From Octopus vulgaris (Eukaryota), in NCBI GenBank assembly GCA_951406725.2, contig OX597814.1, forward strand, positions 110,794,001 through 110,858,000: a DNA stretch of 64,000 nucleotides, read 5' to 3'. The notes under the pieces were generated by a model. The model made no database searches. It had not been told where the DNA came from and saw only the letters and a program-made list of their open reading frames with translations. A program made the position numbers and the translations under genes. This document shows, in pieces, positions 23,507 to 36,798 of the stretch (position 1 is its first letter; every line of letters begins with the position of its first letter).

Positions 23507-24620
23507 GGGCCTCCATAATGCATTAATCCTGTCCTACCACTGCCAAAATAACTAAATAAGACAATATATTTGTTTTTGGAAATGTTCTTGTTTTTTGGAA
23601 ATGTTCCTGTTTTTTTGGTGTTTTGTGTTTTCTTATACAACTACCTCTGATATGACTATCCTTATTTCTAATAAAGAATGGAATTTCAATAATGCTTAAT
23701 TATTATCATTAGAACATTTTCAATAATGAAAGTATTACATACTTTTGTTTTTCATATATCAATATTTAATGCCTGCAAAGTACTTGCACCCAGTACACTT
23801 TGTAAAGTGTTTGGCATTAGAAAGGGCCCGTACACTTTGTAAAGTTGTTGGCATAAGGAAAGGGATCCAACTGCAGAAACCTTGCCAAAACAGACAATGG
23901 AACCTGGTGTGGCTCCTGGCCTTGTCAGCTCGTGTCACCCCCCCACCTCTGCCAGCATGGAAAACAGACGTTAACTTATGATGATGAATACTTAATATTT
24001 ATCCTCCTGTTTAATCATGCTTTTGATTGTCATTATCACATTTGTTGGTGTTGATTTAAATTCATTTTCTTTTCACATTAATTAACATCAGCTGAACATT
24101 TTACTCTTGTCGTAATGCCACTTTGAATGCAATTCTTTGAGATGCACTCTATTTTCATTCAAGCCTTTTGTTGTCAACCATTAATTACATTTATAATTGT
24201 AATCATCGGTTAACCAACTATGGTAGTTTTTATTTTCACATGTATTACACATCCAGTGCCACCCCAAGGCCAAAACAGGGTATTCACATCTTCATGTCTC
24301 ATGGTTTGTGTTTCTCCTACATATCAGCTGTCTTAGCTCACTTAAGATATGTCAAACCCACATTATAGATAAATATGTACATGATGATGTACCTCCCAAG
24401 CCAAGTAAATCGGTTTCTGTTCATGAAAAAAAAAAATGTGACTGCTTGGAAAGCTGTTTATATGAAAATGCTGCAATTCCTGTCGCCAATTTAAAGATTG
24501 TCTTAAAGTTTATGCAAAATCTGTTGCTCTGATTTTAATTAGAAAATTACATGATTCAAGGCATGGAATCATTTAATGTTAACTTAATAAACATAAACAA
24601 TGTTTTAATAATAATTATTA

Positions 24621-24973
24621 TTATTACCTCTGCCTTTGCTAAGGCGGAGGTATTGTTTTCAGTTATGTTTGTTTGTTTGTGAACCTGCTGGATGGATTTG
24701 GATGAAACTTTCAGGGATGTTTGGCCTTGTGACTGGCATGAACTGATTAGATTTTAGGATCAATCTGGTTCTGGACAAGGATTCTGGATTGTTTTTCGTT
24801 TTTTTTTTATACTTAATTTTTGAGAGCGGTCAGGTTCATTTTTAGTATTTTCGTTTGTGAGAACAGTCGAGTGTATTTCAGATATTCCCATTTTAAAAAT
24901 CATCTCCGGTTAATCGTTGAGAGGACTTTGGTGTTCTCCTGCTGGAGGTTTGCACTCTCTGAGTGCTCTTATT
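24621..24973 (+). mobile_element. Helentron-associated (HINE/DINE-1-like) non-autonomous element
   Basis: 5' TACCTCTGCC..GGCGGAGGTA sub-terminal inverted repeat, (GTTT)n tract, 3' subTIR CTGGAGGT followed by hairpin GCACTC-tct-GAGTGC; T-rich flanks. Confidence 0.7.
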
Positions 24974-27199
24974 ATTGTTAAGGGTTTGAACTGGCAGAAT
25001 GATTAGCAAGTTGGACAACTTGCTTGGTGGCATTTCTTCAGGCTCTTTACGTTTTGAGTTCAAATTCCACCAAGATTGACTTTGCCTTTTCTCCTTTTGG
25101 GGTCAGTAAAAAAAAAGTACCAGTACCAGTTGAATACTGGGGTTGATGTAATTGACTTACCCCCTACCTTAAGCAAAAATTTGAGAGAATTATTAGTGCG
25201 GTTGTGTGGTCAGAAATTTGCTTGCCAACCACATGGTTCTGGGTTCAGTCCCATAGCAAAGCATCTTTGGCAAGTGCCTTCTACTGTAGCCCCAAGCCAA
25301 TTTAGTGAATGGTAAGTGAAAGCAGCCTTGTGCGTGTGTGTGATTTGATTACCTCCAAGTACCTCAGTGGGTCAGCAGAAGACACCTGAAGAATATGTAC
25401 CAGGCATTAAAAAAATAGGTGGCAGGGTGGTTTATTTGACTAAACTCTTCAAATTGGTGCCCTGGCATGGCTGCTGTCCAATGACTGAAACAAGTAAAAG
25501 ATAGTTATATACATTGTAACTGAATTCTTCCAGTTGCTGCATATTGATAAATAATTTAATTTTCAGAGTAAGCAGAGCAGATCAGTTAATAATATTATTT
25601 GAATTTGAGTAAATATCTCTCTTAATCAATGCATTCATAATTATTTAATTTCAGATTGTGAGAAATATTTAATATGCAATTATAATTGTGCTACATTTAA
25701 ATATCTATACACACATGCACGCACCGCACACACACCTACCTACCTACCTATCTACCTAAAAACTAATTTGGGGAGGGAGAAAAACAATACAAAGCAATTT
25801 CCCAAAGACTAATTATATATTGTTATCGTTAGTGTTAGTAATAACTTCAGTAGATTTGGCAGATAGCTAATTATAGAGTTGGCAAGCTACTACAGCAGCA
25901 GTAAGCTAGAAGTCTGCTGAGTTGATAGTGCAGGTCATTGTGGGAGATAATCTGTCCAGAATGCTGACAGTATCCTGTCACTAACCTAACATTGTGACTG
26001 TTGTCAAACCCTCCTCAAACTATCCTGCCTGAGCCCACCACTGGCTCTGTGATATAAACTTCCCGTTTCCACCCTTTTGTTTCTGACCTGTTTCTATGCA
26101 CTTCCTATTTTAAAGTGATCTACATTTAAAACTTTTCCATTTGTAATTTCATGTTAACCCTCATGTTGTCATATTTCCATTGCAACACACTATTTCCATT
26201 CTTCTCTGACTGAGCTCATCTCTTGAGCCCTTTGTTTTTATCCCCATTGTCTTAGAGGACTTCTGAGTAGTCTCTTCTGATATCACTCATCAACTGCAAG
26301 GCTCCACCTGTTGTCTGTAAGCCTTGCAACATGTCCGGTCAGAGAGAGAGATAGAGCAAGACAAGGTAAGAAACATGTTGGAAGCCACATGTAGAGCACT
26401 CCCTCCTGCTGGTGCCGCACATAGAGCACTCTGTGCTCTCTATAAAGTGGTTAGTGTTAGGAAGGGCATCTGGCCATAGAAACCATGCCAAAATAGGCAA
26501 TTGGAGCCTGGTGCTGCCCTCCAGCTTGCTAGCACCTGTCAAACTACCCAACCCATGCCAGCATGGAAAACGGGTGTTAAGTGATGATGATGAAATGAAA
26601 GGTAAGAATGTTTAGTCATCATAGCAGTAACAAAAATGGCTTTGCATTGGGAACAACCTGACCCGAGAAAACCCCAAATGCTTGGCACCAAAATGACATC
26701 AACTATGTCCTGGATGACAAACGATGCCTGTTGTAGGATGTCACAGTTGGTTTGTCACACTATTTGACACTGGCAGCAGCCATAAAATGTGATGAAATAA
26801 ATATAGATGACTGCATGACAGTCAATACGAGACCTTCATTGGCTTTGTGACAAATGATTCAGTGAAATATAAGACCTTCATTGGTTTGTGATGAATGATT
26901 TAGTGAAATATGAGACTGTCAGTGCTTTGTGATTTACTGGAATATTAAAACATCTCACTAAGAATATAATACAATGTGTACAAAGGATGGGAGCTGTTAT
27001 TGGGAGGAATTTCATGTCAGTTTTTCTTCTATGGGTTCTGTCCAATCCATTGTAATCACTCTGATTGTTGCCACTACACCTACACAATGTGAGTGTCCAA
27101 AAATGTTTTTATTGGAAAAGTTTGAGATTTTAGCTTATTTTTGTCTTGAGTGGTTTATTTCTTCCATCACCAGGTGCTTCATTAGCACCAAGGAAAAAT

Positions 27200-27515
27200 A
27201 CTGGCACTCCATCAACTACGAGGACGAGTGTTTCAGTCAATTGGTTCAACAGAACAGCCTGCTTGTGAATTTGAAGTGTAAGTGACTGAGCACCCCACGG
27301 CCACGCTTACCCTTAACATAGTTTTCAACAAAATTCAGTGTGACACAGAATATGACAAGGTTGGCTCTTACAGGTACGACTCATTTTTGCCAGCTGAGTG
27401 GACTGGAGCAATGTGAAATAAAGTGTCTTGCTGAAGGTCAGAATACACCACTGGGAATCATACGTGACCTTAGAATCTGAGCTGAATACATTAACCATTA
27501 AACCACCCACCCTCT
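27200..27515 (-). mobile_element. CORE-type tRNA SINE (OR2-like), degenerate
   Basis: Minus strand CAGCAAGACACTTTATTTCACATTGCTCCAGTCCACTCAGCTGGCAAAAATGAG core; related copy at 33380-33700. Confidence 0.6.
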
Positions 27516-27632
27516 TTATTAACACACACATGCACACATCTTAATGGCTGTGCAACCATGTAATTTTGGGTTCAATCCTATTGTACAACACTTTAGGCAA
27601 ATGTCTTCTATAGTCCAAGGCTGACCAAGGCC

Positions 27633-27934
27633 GTGCTGGTGATACGTTAAAAGCACCATCCGAATGTGACAGATGCCAGCGCCGCCTGACTGGCATCCAT
27701 GTCGGTGACATGTAAGAGCACCGTTTGCCAGCCTCCACTGGCCCCTGTGCCGGTGGCACGTAAAAAGCACCCACTACACTCACGGAGTGGTTGGCGTTAG
27801 GAAGGGCATCCAGCTGTAGAAACACTGCCGGATCAGACTGGAGTCTGGTGCAGCCTCCTGGCTTCCCAGACCTCAGTCAAACCATCCAGCCCATGCTAGC
27901 ATGGAAAATGGACGTTAAGCGATGATGATGATGA
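27633..27934 (+). mobile_element. RTE LINE 3' fragment
   Basis: Family tail with (GAT)n. Confidence 0.8.
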
Positions 27935-28190
27935 TTAGTGTGTTCATGTCATGTCTTGATATTGCACATAGATTGTAAATAGGTGTCATCAAAGTACAAG
28001 CAGTGTTATTCATTTGCAATCTTCTGGAAACCACGTCCACCCATTGTGCAGTTTCTGTTAGGACTTGGGTAAATATTAACTTATATGGAAATGGGTAGGG
28101 TTGGTACCAGGAAAAGTATCCCACTATCAAAATCCTCCCTCAACAAATTTCGTCTGAACTGTGTGAATATTAAACTAATGACGTACAATA

Positions 28191-28402
28191 TTAACCCTTT
28201 CGTTACCAACCGGCTCTGGCTCTGTAGTACAGATGTCTTGTTTTCATAAGTTCTGAATTAAAATCTTCCACCAAACCTTAGTCACAATTTATGTTCCTAA
28301 CACTACCTTAATGATAACTAAGTTATTTTACTAAATTCTTTGTTATATTTAAAGTAATTGAAAGAAACAAATAGCATCTCAAAATAGTCACGAAAGGGTT
28401 AA
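28191..28402 (+). mobile_element. piggyBac-type MITE family D
   Basis: TTAA-CCCTTTCGTTAC ... CACGAAAGGG-TTAA. Confidence 0.9.
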
Positions 28403-28797
28403 TGTATTACATCAGCTTTTCCATGCTTGCATTAGTTGGATGGGATTCATTGAGGCTGATTTTCTATGGTCAGCTACCCTTCCAATTACCAACCTTTGCC
28501 TGTGAGGTAATATTTCTGTATTACCAAACATGATTTCACAGAATATTAGAAATGGTGGCAGCTTCTTCATGATTGAAATGCTCATTTTACATCTATCACA
28601 TAATGCCAAGAGAAAGGAATGCATACAACTTATGCACCCCCACACATACATAGTTATACAACAGGCTTCTTTCAGTTTCTGTCTACCTAATCTACTTATA
28701 AAGCTTGGGTTGGGCAGGGGCTAGACTAGAAGACATTTGCTTACAATGTCACACTGGGGCTGAACACAAAAATCATGGGGTTGGGAAATGAACTTCT

Positions 28798-29004
28798 CTT
28801 CTACTCTAGGCACAAGGCCTGAAATTTTGGGGGAGGGAGCCAGTCGATTACATCAACCCCAGTATGCAACTGGTAATTTATCGACCCCAAAATGATGGAA
28901 GGCAAAGTTGACTTGGGTGGAATCTGAACTCAGAATGTAAAGACAGACGAAATACTGCTAAGCATTTCACCCGGCGTGCTACCATTTCTGCCAGCTCGCT
29001 GTCT
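28798..29004 (-). mobile_element. Family B SINE (alternative tail) nested in a family A SINE
   Basis: 17-bp TSD TTGGGAAATGAACTTCT at 28781 and 29005. Confidence 0.85.
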
Positions 29005-29264
29005 TGGGAAATGAACTTCTTAAACCACACACACACACACACACACATTATCATCATTTAACATCTCTTTTTCCATACTGGCAATCATTGAACACATACA
29101 CATGAGAGAGAGAGAGATGCTTCAGATAGAGATCAGAAATGTTTTCTTGCAGATCTTTCCACTCAAAATGTTAAAAGATGATTTTGAGAAATTTGAAAAA
29201 ATTATTCTGCCAATCTTAGAAATATCGATTGTGTTTTTGCTTTTTTTTTAAAGAATATCTTAGC

Positions 29265-29320
29265 AAATATTCCTTTTGTTAAATTGTTTGTTTTTTCTCT
29301 TTTTGTCATTGCAGGTAAGA
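29265..29320 (+). other. Juxtaposed 3'/5' splice site (recursive-splicing-type site)
   Basis: ~50-nt AG-free zone, TTTGTTTTTTCTCTTTTTGTCATTGCAG|GTAAGA, in non-repeat sequence. Confidence 0.55.
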
Positions 29321-31446
29321 TGATAAACATTACTGCTGCTGCTGCTGCCTCTGTTGATGCTCCTCTAAGGTTATTATACCAATAATATACTTACTGTTTT
29401 ACTTGGTCTGTCTGGTTAATGGTGATAATTGTTTGACACAATAGGCTGTGTGTGCCTCTGTTGTCTTTCACTTATCCGACCCACCAAAACTCGGTATCAC
29501 TGTTGTTTGCATTTAAATAACTCTTAAATGTAACTTGAAACAACAATGAAAAGAAGATTGTTCGATTGGGAATTGTAGTAATTCTCTGCCTTATAAATCT
29601 AGATAATGTGTTTGTGTATACACGTGTGGATGTAGATGTATGTATTCAGGTATATACAATTGTATGTATGTGTGTACATACAATTGTATGTATGTGTGTA
29701 CATGTATGTAGATGTATATGTGCATGTATGCAGTGTATAGGTGTGTGCACATGCATGCGTATCCATTTATGGGCTTATTATGAATGTAGGTACAGGCATG
29801 GCCTGGTGGTTAAAAGAGTCTGTTGCAATAATGTGACACCATGTTCAATCTTACAGCACGTTATCTTGGAGCGTCTTTTACTATAGCCTGGTTGGAAAAG
29901 TATTTTCGATGTGTCTGGAGTCCTGTAATAATGTATCCACCCAAGTAAAAGCATAGTGACATGAGGTTCTTTACCCCCAAAACCCTTATTCAAGCAAGTA
30001 ATTAAGTCCCCTCATGTTGAACTGGTAACCATGTTAATTGGTAGCCGTGGCAGCATGACCAACGGTTTGAAACATAGGCAATGCTACAACATTGTCAATG
30101 TTGTATTTGGGACTTTGTTTTGGCTAAACCAGTGGTTCTCAGTTGGGGTCCTGTATAACCCTGTGCTGTTAAAAATGATGTGCATTAAACTGGTTCTTAA
30201 CCATTTTTTTTACTTATCGACCCCTTTGGTTATAGTTTTATTCCAGTGGACCCCCGTAGCCAGTTGGATGTTTAAAAATTAGCTTTATAGGTATTTCCTT
30301 CAAAATTCCTATTTTGTTTTCAACTCATTCACTTGTGTAGGCATGCAATAACATCCTCTGAGAGAACATGGTTGCATCGTGCAATCTTCAGACCTACTGG
30401 GTCCTCTCAAGCCATTCAACCTATGCCAGCAAGGAATATGGATGTTAAATAAGAATTGAACTCTAGTTATGGATTGTTTTTACTGGGAGGTTTACCTTCT
30501 ACTTTTTCATACTTGTATTCCAGCTAAATTACATGTTTGGTGTCTGTGGCAGAGTTTGAAATTGGTGGAATGAACCATAAATCTATCAATCTAACCATTT
30601 AGTCACTGTGTTTGTCTTTTAAGGTTCCAAACCATTTTTTTAAAATTTCTTCTTTGTGTTCTTTTTCTTTTTCGAATTGGGCAACTATATTTATTTATCT
30701 CTTCCAGGAAGTAACTGAAGAACATTTTGGTGGTACATTTATTTGCGACTCCTATCTATTTATCATAAAAAAAAATAAATAAAAATAAAATAAAATAGTA
30801 ATCACTTGTTTTTAATGGTATCTTGTGTAACATGTGTCTCCTCTGGCAGGGAGAAAGAACTCTGCTTTTCCCTAACATCAATACACAAAAGATTTGGCAG
30901 TGATTAATGTTTTTAAATATTTAACAAGTAAATGTAGCTTAATGAGGGAGGGAAAGTTGAGAAGAGACTGGTAATGGATGTAGGCAAGGGGGAAAAAAAT
31001 GAATAGCAAAATGTGATGGAGTGGGGAACTATAGACTGGTTGGTTATTATAAAAACCAACATGTGCGTAAAATACTCTTAAAAATCTCTAAATAGAATGA
31101 ATCTAAGAATCACATCTACAACACCAAATAGTGTGTAACTTTATCTAAATGGTTTTGGTTGGCTTTTCTCTCTCTCCCTCTCTCTTTCTCCTACCATCAT
31201 TATCAATTATTATTAATCTGTATACTTATTAATAACCACAAGACTATGTAATATTGATCACCTTTGACTACGAACAAGGTCATTTCTTACAGAGAAGCAT
31301 AGTTGTGATACAACCGTGATTTATTTTACCGATATCTAGAGTTATGGAAGCCACAGTTGGTTCTGCTAGGATTTGATCAGAAGAGGACAAGGTCAAATAC
31401 TTAAATATATTTATTTGATGAATGTGTGGTTAATAAGTTTCCTTCA

Positions 31447-31700
31447 CATCATCATCATCATCATTGTTTAACGTCTGCTTTCTATGCTAGCATGGGTTGG
31501 ACGGTTTGACTGAGGACTGGTGAGCCAGAAGGCTGCACCAGGCTCTAATCTGATCTGGCAGTGTTCTTACAGCTGGATGCCCTTCCTAACACCAACCACT
31601 TCGAGAATATAGTGGATACTTTTTACGTGCCACTGGCTTGGGGGCCAGTCAGGCAGTACTGGCATTGACCATGCTTGAATGGTGCTTTTTATGTGCCACC
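31447..31700 (-). mobile_element. RTE LINE 3' fragment inserted in a family A SINE
   Basis: (CAT)n start; the SINE head at 31423-31446 resumes at ~31701. Confidence 0.75.
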
Positions 31701-32837
31701 GTTTTAGCTTTCAGTCTCACTGTACAGCACCTTGGGCTAGTCTCTTCTACTATAGCTCTGGGCTGACCAAAGCTTTGTGAGTTGATGTGGTAGATGGAAA
31801 AAATTTGCCTCACTGAATTCTAGCTGACTTGTGCAAGCATGGAAAAGCATCTGCTAAAGATATTTAGTACAGTGTACCATTAGTATTTCTATATGGTCCA
31901 TGTCTTATCTTTCTGCAAGTCATTAATGTATGTTTAATAGAAAAGCCTCTATTATTTCAGTAACCTTCATCATCACCATTTAGCATCCATTTTCTATGCT
32001 ACCATGGGTTTGACAGTTTGATTTGAGCTGGCAAGCCAGAGGGCTGCACCTGACTCCAGTCTTGTTTTGGCATGGTTTCTACAGCTGGATACCCTTCCGA
32101 AAAAACAACAAGTACACTTCGCAGAATGTGCTTTTTTATGTGGTGCCAGCAGGGGTGCTTTTTGCTTGGTGCCAGTATGTAAAAAGCACCCGTGTCTGGT
32201 GTCATGTAAAAAGGCTTTGTTCCATTTAAAATATACTGTGGAATTCCAACCATGTTTCGTGGTTTGCTACCTCAACAGTTCCTTTATAGGATCCAGTGGC
32301 TAAAGACATCAGGAAGAGCCATGCCCAGTTTCGGCCCCTACTCCTCTACCATTTTCAGCGTGGCGTCCCCCTACCTTCAGAAGTGTCTTCAGCTTTGGTG
32401 TTGAGTGCATTTCTTGTTTCTCCTGTTCCCTGGCCTCTTCGATGCAGTGCCAATGAGTGTCAGCAGGCAACTGACCATCCTGTCCAAATTTCCCTTAAAT
32501 ACTCGCCTATAGGCTCCAGCAGCCAGCACCAGCTAGTTGTCATGTGACACTGTCTAAACTTTAACTGACCAATGGAGAGGAAGGGCATGTACTCTTAGCC
32601 TGTGCCTTCTCTAAACCTACCTTCCAACAGTGTCGTGTTAATTTCTGTTCCAGCAGCCAGAGCTGACCAGCTCTTTGGTGGTACAAGCCTTTGTGTGTTC
32701 TTCATTAAGCTTGGCTGTCACTTGCACGTGATCTGGTGGCAAGTACACTATTGCTAAATGTTTTAAAGTGCCAGTGTAGTTGTGTGCAGTTGTCTCACCT
32801 TTGATCCAATGGAACATTGAGGATGTTATATCTAGAG

Positions 32838-33350
32838 CAGTTGTTCTCATCCAGGGTCCATATAGATCCTCGGGCCATATAAAAGTTTTGGGGCGAAATG
32901 CTTTGCAGTATTTCGTCTGCCACTATGTTCTGAGTTCAAATTCTGCTGAGGTCGACTTTGCTTTTCATCCTTTCGGGGTTGATAAATTAAGTACCTGTTG
33001 CATACTGGGGTCAATCTAACCGACTGGCCCCCTCCCCCAAAATTTCAGGGCTTGTGCCTAGAGTAGAAAAGAATAGTATTTTGAGAGCCCCTGAAAAAAT
33101 TTTGTTTTAGAAGTATGTATTGGTACATATTGCAAGAAACAGCCGGGTTTCTTTCTCTAACATTTTACATAGTTCGACCTACACAAGTCAAAGTGTGGAA
33201 AATAAAATAGAGATTTTGAAGGAAGTTTCTATACAACTAGTTTTTAAACATCGACTGTCTATGAGGTGGAGGTGGATGGGTAGAGGGGGTCCACCAGAAT
33301 ACAACAATAATTAGAGGGGTCCATAGATAAGAAATAATTGAGAACCACTG
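32838..33350. mobile_element. hAT (Charlie-like) MITE with nested family B SINE (~32890-33075)
   Basis: CAGTTGTTCTCA ... TGAGAACCACTG with perfect 8-bp TSD ATCTAGAG. Confidence 0.9.
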
Positions 33351-33748
33351 ATCTAGAGGAAGAGAGAGCTGCACCAATGCTTTGCTGGTTCTTATTTTCA
33401 GCTGAGTAGGGCTGAAGGGCAGTGTGAAGTGGTGTGTTTTGTTCAGGAGGCAATGCATCACCTGGTCTAGGATTTAAACTCTTATGATCTTATGGCTGTG
33501 AGCCCAACTCCTTAACCACTGGGCCATGCATCTTCTTCATTTACTGGCACTATGTCAGTTATGATGACAAGGGTTCTAGTTGCCCTGATCAATGGAACAG
33601 CCTCCTCATGAAATTAATGTGCAAGTGGCTGAGCACTACACAGATAGGTGTACCCTTAACATAGTTCTCAGGGAGAGTGCAGCACCACTAGACAATGCAC
33701 CTTCAGAGAGAGATATGAAATAACTTAAGATATATGAAATAACTTTTA

Positions 33749-33970
33749 AGGTGGCGAGCTGGCAGAATCGTTAGCACGCCAGGCGAAATGCGTAGCCGTA
33801 TTTCGTCTGTTGTTATGTTCCGAGTTCAAATTCTGCCTAAGTCAACTTTGCCTTTCATCCTTTCGGGGTCGATAAATTAAGTACCAGTTATGCACTGAGG
33901 TCAATGTAATCGACTTAATCCCTTTGTCTGTCCCCTCTGTGTTTAGCCCCTTGTGGGTAGTAAAGAAATA
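33749..33970 (+). mobile_element. Family B SINE
   Basis: Full head and tail; flanking direct repeat ATATATGAAATAACTT. Confidence 0.9.
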
Positions 33971-34925
33971 TATATGAAATAACTTATTTCTAACATTGCA
34001 ATTTAAAGATAAAGCTATAAATAGTAGTGTATGGGAATGTTGGATAAAAACCCATTGAATGATAAAAAAGTAGGGTTTTTTTTAAAACCCAATATCCAAT
34101 ATGCTATTATTTATAGCTTTAACTACTTTGAGTTGCACTATTAAAAATAAGCTACTTCCTTCCATCAAAATTCCATGTTAATTTTATATTTCATATACCA
34201 GCTTTAATAATGACAGATATTTTACTAAATTCTACATTATTTTCTGAAACAAAGGCAGCATATTTCAACAGAGATGTGATGACTAAAGGGTGAAACTTGC
34301 TTAAATTCTTTGTATTGCATTGTATCTCTGTTCAGTTTTGATTTATGAATATGAATTATTGAGAGAGAGAGAGAGAGAGGGGATGTGTGTGTGTATTTAT
34401 AGCTAGCTCTGATTCACATGCAAGAATGTGTGTGTGTGTGTGTGTGTGTGTGTGATCAAAGTGGTAAAAAGTCTGGCGAATATAAGGAACAATAATTAGT
34501 ATATATCAGTTACTAGAATACTGTTATTAGTAGCTTGTTTTAATTCTAGTATTGCTGTAGTTCTATTTTGTCTGCTGAACTTTTAGACTCAGCCAAAGCT
34601 ATTAACCATTTTCTCTTTTCGTTTTTTTTTGTTAATGTTTCTACCACTGTTCATGATTACCCATCAATTATTTACTTAGCCAACGGGCCTAATTACTTTC
34701 AGCTGGCAAATAGGTTTTTTATTCTTCAATAAATCCCATTCCTTGACCAAATAAACCGAAATGTACATCATCATCACACTACCATCATCACAATCACCAT
34801 GATGATAATGATGATGACCTCCTCCCCATCATCATGTCAACCACCCCCATCATCATCGTCGTCGTCGTCATTACCACCATTATTGTCATCTTGATATCAA
34901 CTAACACCACCACCACCATCATGAT

Positions 34926-35173
34926 CAGTGGTTCTCAACCATTTCTTGCCTGCGAACCCCCTTGATTCCTATTTTACTCAACTGGACCCCCATAGCCATT
35001 TGAGGTTTAAAAGAAAATCCTATTTATATAATTAAATGTTATTAGGGATTGTATGGAAAATTGTTAAAATATTTTGTGCATTTTAGAAGTCTAACCAATT
35101 TATTGCACAAGAATTTTAACAAATTCTTATGTGTACCACTAAGGGTTGTGTGGACCCCAATTGAGAACCACTG
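34926..35173. mobile_element. hAT (Charlie-like) MITE in a (CAT/CAC)n tract
   Basis: CAGTGGTTCTCAA ... TTGAGAACCACTG; TSD ATCATGAT/GTCATGAT. Confidence 0.9.
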
Positions 35174-36379
35174 GTCATGATCATCATGTTGATGCCAACC
35201 ACCACCACTACCACCATTGTTATCATCACCAGCTTATGTTTTTCTGCACTGATGTGGGTTGGATAGATTGTCAGTCTGCATCGTCTTGCACATTCACAGC
35301 AGCTGATAAAACTGGTTGAATTTGATGGTGTGCATTGTGCATGTCCTACAGAGTGTGGAATGGATATATTTTATCAAACGATTAGCATATCCTAGAGTGT
35401 ATGTTTCAAGTGAGAAGAGCTAAACAACCCACTCCCCTATTATCCCCTGTCAGTTCTTATTTTGAGTTACTACCTGTTTAGACCTGTAGCTCAAGATGTA
35501 ATTTTCAGGGGTTACATCGCGATCATGCTTTCTATTTTGTCAAGTTTTCCATGGTCGGATGCCCTTGCTTTCATCAACCACTTTATGCAGTGTGCTAGAT
35601 GTAATTTGTTATGCTGCCAGCCCAGGAAAGACTGTCTTATCTTAGGATTTCTTGTGGTAAGAATGGATTCAAGTCAATGAGTAACGACCAACTACACTGC
35701 TGTCTGGATAATATCGTCTGTAGAAGGGATACCATAACGAATGCTTTGTATCAATGCTGGAGTTCTGCTGTGGCACAGGGAACCTCACATCAGAGACTCC
35801 TCCCCCATGCATTCCAGGAAGCCACCGTTTATGCCCTCTCGTGCACTGTTAACAATGTCCGACAAGGGAGATAACTCCCTATTTATAAAACCTTTACCGC
35901 ATCTCAGAATATCATACAGGTGAGGAGGAGGAAAGTTTCCTTTAGAAATATCTATGTAGCCATCTGTCTTTCTAGCCATGTATCTATCCATTCATCTATC
36001 CATCTCTCTTAATGTTGTTTCTCTGTACACACACACACATATATGTATTTAGATAACCTTTTAAACTTTGATATATAATGGCAACGTTAATTCAAGGGTC
36101 CCTTTTGTGTGTGTGTGAATGTTGAAGCTTGTGGGAGCAAAAGAGAAATTACAGGAAGAAACATCCAACTCATGCCTGAACCCTGACATTAGTAACACAC
36201 AAACAAACCCACTAAACTAATTCACATGCTGCCAAAACTAAATCACATGTCCAGTTTCCACTTCATTCTACTAACTTTCAAACGCCCTTAAGCACCACAG
36301 CTAGCTCTTTTCCTTCTCCACGGAAGCCAATACTCCAAACAATATGGAGTAGTTACACCTGCAATTTGAAACCAGTTTA

Positions 36380-36798
36380 TCTGGAAATTTGGAAAGCTAA
36401 TGAGAACCTATACCAGTGTCGCATGACCAGCCCACTTAAAAGTACCTTGGATTGTAGGGCAACATGCCATACTTGAGGAGACCTATTGAATGAAATACAC
36501 AACATCAATATCAAAATCAAATCAAATAGAAATTGTAGTTGTGACCCCCATGCCAGTAGCACATAAAAAGCACCATCCAAACCTGGCTGATACCAGTGCT
36601 GCTATGACTGGTTTATGTGCCAGTGGCACCTAAAAAACACCCACTGCACTCTCGGAATGGTTGGTGTTAGTAAGGGCATCTAGCTGTAGAAATATTGCCA
36701 GATCAGATTGGCACCTGGTGCAGCCTCCTGGCTTCCCAGACCCCAGTTGAACCGTCCAACCCATCCCAGTGTGGAAAACGGATGTTAAATGATGATGA
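36380..36798 (+). mobile_element. RTE LINE 3' fragment (longer UTR)
   Basis: Contains the TTGAGGAGACCTATTGA block also seen in 47632-47997, plus the family tail. Confidence 0.7.

Noticed and set aside
26833-26916. Two-unit ~43-bp tandem repeat (also a ~56-bp pair at 37260-37360 and a triplicated SINE segment at 45250-45480)
   Set aside because: Ordinary slippage duplications without further structure.
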